DNA of 64,000 bases from Nannocystales bacterium (lineage in GTDB: Bacteria; Myxococcota_A; Polyangia; Nannocystales; Nannocystaceae): NCBI GenBank assembly GCA_050633305.1, contig JBOEGF010000007.1, forward strand, positions 160,001 through 224,000, given 5' to 3'. The notes under the pieces were generated by a model. The model was given only the letters and a program-made list of their open reading frames with translations, searched no databases and had not been told where the DNA came from. Shown in pieces: positions 59,681 through 64,000 of the stretch. The stretch's first letter is position 1; each line of letters begins with the position of its first letter. Made by a program: the position numbers and the translations under genes.

Positions 59681-61086
59681 ACGCCATGCCGACGACGCTC
59701 CTACTCGCGCTCTCCGAGGGGCACCACGACGTGCCCATGTCCGTCACGCTCCTCTTCACCGGCATTCTCGTCGCCCTCATCGTCTCGCTCGCGCTCGAAG
59801 AGAAGATTCACGCCAAGAAGTCCCTGATCGTCGGGGTGTTCGCGATCATCGTGCTGTTCCTGGGCATGGTGTTCGAGATCGTGCCCGGATCGGTCCCCGT
59901 CAACGTGGGCGGGGAGACCTTGACCCTGCCCATCTACATCCCGAGCATCGATTGGTCGGTCATCGCGATCATCCTCGGTTCGAGTTTGTTCGTGGATGTG
60001 ACCTCCAAGTCGGGCCTGTTCACGTGGATCGCGATCAAGCTGACCAAGGCTTCGGCGGGTGACCCACGCAAACTGCTGTGGTTCTACGGCCTGATGACCG
60101 TGGTGTTCTCTGCGGTGCTCAACAACGTCACCGCGATGATCATCGTGGGGTCGCTGACCGGCGTGTCGCTGCGCAAGCTCGGCCGGGCGGAGATGATGCT
60201 CGGCTTCCTCTTGGTCGAGGGATTGCTGACCAACATCGGTGGTCTGCTGACGCTGATCAGCTCGGTCCCCAACATCATCGTGGGTACCGCCGCAGGGATC
60301 AGCTTCGTGTCGTTCTTCATCGCGGCCGCGCCGTTCGTCGTCGTCGCCACCGGGCTGACGATCTGGATGGGGGCGAAGCTGTTCAAGATCGAGTCGCTGG
60401 CCACCGAGGAGGAGCGCAAAGACGCTCTCGAGCAGGTCTCAGCCTTCGACGAGAACGACGGCATCGAGAGCAAGGGGTTCTTCACCTTCGCTTCGGTGAT
60501 GCTCGGCGCGTTCATCATCGTGATCGCGACGACCTCGGTATTGCCCTACATCCAGGACCTCGGCATGGGCTACGTGGCGATGACCTTCGCCGCGATCATG
60601 TTGATTCGCTACAAGTCCAGCGTCGATACCTACTACAGGGCCGTCGATTGGGACTTGCTGGGCTTCTTCGCCGCGTTGTTCGTCGTGATCGGTGTGCTCG
60701 AGCACGCGCAGGTCTTGGCGCTGATCGGGCAGGGGCTCGAGGTCATCATCGGGTGGGGAGATGTCGCCGGCACCGGGGCAATCCTGGTCGCGTCCGCGCT
60801 GGCGAGTTCGGTCACCGACAACATCCCCTTGGCTGCGATGCTCGCGAAGATCCTGTCGTCGCTCGGGACGCCGTCCGATTCGCCCCTGTGGTGGTCGGTG
60901 GTCTTCGGCGCCAACCTCGGTGGCAACATCACGCCGATCGGCTCGGCGTCCACGCTGGTCGCAGTGACGATCATGCACAAGAACGAACTGAAGGTCTCGT
61001 TCGGAGGGTTTGTGGCCAAGGCCGTGCCCTACGCCGCCATCCAGCTCGTCATCGCAGTCGCCTACGTGTTGCTGTTCTTGGGCTGA
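59677..61086 (+). CDS. ArsB/NhaD/CitMHS (IT superfamily) ion transporter
   Basis: GTGA overlap; SAVLNNVT, TNIGG, SSVPNII, VDWDLLGFF, SSVTDNIP, GANLGGNITPIGSAS. Confidence 0.88.
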   Translation: MNAMPTTLLLALSEGHHDVPMSVTLLFTGILVALIVSLALEEKIHAKKSLIVGVFAIIVLFLGMVFEIVPGSVPVNVGGETLTLPIYIPSIDWSVIAIILGSSLFVDVTSKSGLFTWIAIKLTKASAGDPRKLLWFYGLMTVVFSAVLNNVTAMIIVGSLTGVSLRKLGRAEMMLGFLLVEGLLTNIGGLLTLISSVPNIIVGTAAGISFVSFFIAAAPFVVVATGLTIWMGAKLFKIESLATEEERKDALEQVSAFDENDGIESKGFFTFASVMLGAFIIVIATTSVLPYIQDLGMGYVAMTFAAIMLIRYKSSVDTYYRAVDWDLLGFFAALFVVIGVLEHAQVLALIGQGLEVIIGWGDVAGTGAILVASALASSVTDNIPLAAMLAKILSSLGTPSDSPLWWSVVFGANLGGNITPIGSASTLVAVTIMHKNELKVSFGGFVAKAVPYAAIQLVIAVAYVLLFLG

Positions 61087-61442
61087 CCATGACACGCGCG
61101 TCGGTGTTCAGGCCGACGTGCGACATCCGTGTCCCGATCTGCCCCCATGGCGCGTCCGCAACCCTTTGCGTTGCCGGCTTTGCGAGTTTTGGCATCGTCG
61201 CTGCAAAGCAAAGAGGACGAACGCAGACGGATGCGTTCGCGGCGGAGCCGTCTCCCATCCGGGGGCGGTTGGGACACTCGGCATCAGCCCGTGGGGGCGC
61301 GTGCGCTGTGTCGAGGGCTCCGTCGCCGCGCGGGTTTCCGCGCGGAGCGAAACGCGAACTTGGTCGCATTGGGTCTTAGAAACTCGCTCCGCGCGGAGGT
61401 CCCGGGCGTCTTCTTTGTCGGAGACGTCGAGTCGGCCGCGGC

Positions 61443-62435
61443 TCAGTCCGCTTCGAGGTCGACGTACTTCAGCCGGGGGAACCGCTCTTCGAGTTCCCCC
61501 TCCATCCGGTCGACTTCTCGGGCGAGCTCGTCGAGGAGCTGATCCCCGAAGTCGCGAGCGAACTGCTCCCGCTGCTCGGGGGTCTCGAGCGTGGTGTACC
61601 GCTCATCCACGAAGTCCTTCATCCGGGCGCCGAAGACAGCGCCGTCGAAGTCGAGCTGGGCTTGAAGCCTGAAGTTGTCCGCACCGACGATACGCGTCTT
61701 CACGGTGCGGACGCGCATCACGGCGGGGTGCTGCTTGAGGTAGGCGGTGATCTCGGCCTGGAGGTCGGCAGGGATCGCTGGGCCCAGCAGCAGTGTTCGG
61801 TTGCGAACGCCGAGCCACACGGCGACGACGCCGAGCATGATGCCGATGACGATTGCGCCGATCGCATCGAACATCGCGTTGCCCGTCATGTAGGCGAGTC
61901 CGAGACCGGCCGCGGCGACGAGCACACCCAGGCAGGCGACGGCGTCTTCGAGCAGAACGGCGGCCACCGTGGGGTCGGTCGTCGTCCGCAGGTACTGGAT
62001 CAGGGATTTGTCCCCCTTCTTGTCCCAGACCACCCGGGCGGCGGCCATGAGCACATAACCCTCCACCAGGAACGAGATCGCGAGGATGACGAAGGGGATC
62101 CACGACACCTCGAGCGTGGGTGGCTCGATGAGGCCGTGGATGCCGTGATAGATGGTGACACCGCAGCCGAGCACGAAGATGCCGACGGCCGACAGCAGTG
62201 AGTAGAGGTAGCGGTCCGCGCCGTATCCGTAGTGGAACAGCGCGTCAGCGGGCTTCTCGCTCTGGCGAATCCCGAGAAAGAGCAGGGCCTGGTTCGACGT
62301 ATCTGCGAGCGAATGGATCGACTCGGAGAACATCGCCCCCGAGCCGGTGATTGCGAACGCGAAGAACTTGATCACGGTGAGCGATCCGTTGCCCACCAGC
62401 GCTCCAAGGACTGCACCCTTCGACGAGCCGGCCAC
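61443..62435 (-). CDS. Cation diffusion facilitator (CDF) transporter
   Basis: GSGAMFSESIHSLADTSNQ, HYGYG, VLLEDA, FDAIGAI; GTG start at 62435. Confidence 0.9.
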   Translation of the reverse strand: MAGSSKGAVLGALVGNGSLTVIKFFAFAITGSGAMFSESIHSLADTSNQALLFLGIRQSEKPADALFHYGYGADRYLYSLLSAVGIFVLGCGVTIYHGIHGLIEPPTLEVSWIPFVILAISFLVEGYVLMAAARVVWDKKGDKSLIQYLRTTTDPTVAAVLLEDAVACLGVLVAAAGLGLAYMTGNAMFDAIGAIVIGIMLGVVAVWLGVRNRTLLLGPAIPADLQAEITAYLKQHPAVMRVRTVKTRIVGADNFRLQAQLDFDGAVFGARMKDFVDERYTTLETPEQREQFARDFGDQLLDELAREVDRMEGELEERFPRLKYVDLEAD

Positions 62436-62629
62436 CTGGGATCGGGGATACGCCGGCCGCGGCGCTGGGGTCAAGGGAGGGCGCTTGCAACGCGGAGGGG
62501 GCCGCGTCAAGCGCATGGGCGTCACAGGAGCGTCAGGGCAGCCCACGAGCAAAGCGAAGGTACCCAGATGTGGCCCATGGCACGCGTGTCGTCCCAAGAG
62601 GGTGGTTGATCGGACTCGAATGCGGCAAC

Positions 62630-63598
62630 ATGGATGCAGTGGTGGGTTCGCTTCAATCGCTGTGGCTGATGTTGGCGTACGCGCCGGTGGTCCCTGCGCC
62701 CGCGGCCGCGCCTCCTCCCGCCGTGCCGCCTTCGGCTGAGGTGCTCGCTCCGGCCCCTGCACCGTCTCCGGCCGCAGCTCCTGCCCCAGCTCCTGCAGAC
62801 ACGCCGGCAGACACGCCGGCAGACACGGTGGCTGCCCCAGCCGAACCGGCTGCAAAGCCGGCCTCTGAGGCGACCTCCGAGCCCGTCCCCGCGACGCCGG
62901 CCGAGACTGTCACACAGGCGGGTGCTCGACAGCCAGAGTCGCAGCCACTCGACGCCGAGCCGGCATCGAACCCGGTCACACCCCACACGGTGACCTTGGT
63001 GCACCGGTCCTCGGTCTCCTCTTCGGCCCGGTACGAGTCGGCGCCGGTCCAGGACTCCCACGAGAAATTCTTCGTCTCCGGGTATGGCGGAATGACGACC
63101 CGTGGGTCCGCGGTCTCGGGGAAAATGGGGCTGCTCCGTGGCTACCACGGAGGTCTGCTTCTGGGTGATCGCTTGTCGATCGGGGTTGCCTACCACCGCC
63201 TGAAAAAGCGATTTGGCGCGTCGATCCTCGACGCCGAGAACCGACCCGTCGCGCTCGAGATGGCGTACGGCGGGCTGGAGGTCGGCGCCACTGTGGTGCG
63301 GCGCGGACGGTTTGAGCTCGGCGTTCAGACTCTGTTCGGAGGCGGCGCTTCGTGTCTGACCTACGACGTCAACGGCCGCAGCAGCGTGGCTGAGTGTGTG
63401 GAGTCCGTGCAGATGATGGTCCTCGAGCCCAGCGTGCTCGCCAACATCCGCGTGACCGACTGGATGCGGTTGGGTCTCGAGGGGGGATACCGCGGCGTCG
63501 CTCGGTCCGAGTGGGTCGCACCCACCGACTTCGATCTCGGAGGAGGCTTCTTCGGTCTCAACCTCGACTTCGGATGGTTCGCACGGCCGCAGGACTGA
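62630..63598 (+). CDS. Putative outer-membrane beta-barrel protein with Pro/Ala-rich N-terminus
   Basis: Signal-like N-terminus, PA-rich tether, amphipathic strands (YGGLEVG, RLGLEGGYR, LNLDFGWF). Confidence 0.72.
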   Translation: MDAVVGSLQSLWLMLAYAPVVPAPAAAPPPAVPPSAEVLAPAPAPSPAAAPAPAPADTPADTPADTVAAPAEPAAKPASEATSEPVPATPAETVTQAGARQPESQPLDAEPASNPVTPHTVTLVHRSSVSSSARYESAPVQDSHEKFFVSGYGGMTTRGSAVSGKMGLLRGYHGGLLLGDRLSIGVAYHRLKKRFGASILDAENRPVALEMAYGGLEVGATVVRRGRFELGVQTLFGGGASCLTYDVNGRSSVAECVESVQMMVLEPSVLANIRVTDWMRLGLEGGYRGVARSEWVAPTDFDLGGGFFGLNLDFGWFARPQD

Positions 63599-63623
63599 CC
63601 TTCGCTCCCCTCCAAAACAAGAC

Positions 63624-63661
63624 AAGCGCGGCAGCCGATTCGATCGGCGCCGCGCTTTTTT
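63624..63661 (+). terminator. Rho-independent terminator
   Basis: AAGCGCGGC-A-GCCGAT-TCG-ATCGGC-GCCGCGCTT followed by a T run, between convergent genes. Confidence 0.8.
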
Positions 63662-63679
63662 GTGGCCTTGCGGATCGAG

Positions 63680-64000
63680 CTAGCTGAGGAACTTCACCGC
63701 GCCGGTGCCAAGCTCGTAGAACGCCGGCACGATTCGCACGCTGCCGGATTCCACGGCCTTGCGAATGATCTCGGACTTGCTGACGAGGTCCGCCGCGACA
63801 TGGGATGCGTTGGCGCGGACGACGTCGTTGACGTCCTCACTGGCGGCCTTCTCCTTGGCCGGTTGGATGTAGCCCAGGAGGGTGTTGAGGTTCGGCCCGT
63901 TGTCGCCGCCTGCGATGGCGGCTGTGACCGCTCCGCAGGACTCGTGTCCCAGGACGACGATGACCGACGTCTTGAGGTTGGCCACGGCGTACTCGATGCT
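63680..64000 (-). CDS. Beta-class carbonic anhydrase (3' part; start lies beyond the window)
   Basis: SIEYAVANL..IVVLGHESCGAVTAA, AFYELGTGAV. Confidence 0.9.
   Translation of the reverse strand, partial: SIEYAVANLKTSVIVVLGHESCGAVTAAIAGGDNGPNLNTLLGYIQPAKEKAASEDVNDVVRANASHVAADLVSKSEIIRKAVESGSVRIVPAFYELGTGAVKFLS

Overview
Very GC-rich, gene-dense chromosomal window that reads like a myxobacterium, probably Nannocystaceae (Plesiocystis/Enhygromyxa-like). This is inferred from the many lipoproteins with Asp/Thr/Ser/Gly tethers and Cys-rich repeats, a TPR-Ser/Thr kinase and two ECF sigma factors. About 49 CDS can be supported. I found no rRNA, tRNA, CRISPR array, transposase or integrase. Recognisable genes include typA, a DinF-type MATE pump, a LytS/LytR pair, a Tat-exported xanthine-dehydrogenase-family enzyme, CDF and ArsB/NhaD transporters and a partial beta-carbonic anhydrase. 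The most interesting parts are: (1) a translationally coupled ECF sigma / zinc-less anti-sigma / exported TPR-CHAT protease triad, divergent from a trypsin-like lipoprotein; (2) a YqiJ-flotillin-giant AAA+ ATPase operon containing a 2 x 90-bp three-hairpin repeat with a compensatory base change; (3) a TsdA-like dihaem cytochrome c fused to DM13; (4) a DUF1501/haem-lipoprotein operon; (5) two highly structured intergenic regions. All family names come from motif recognition by eye, with no database searches. Many start codons were trimmed by hand from the longer ORF-track calls.
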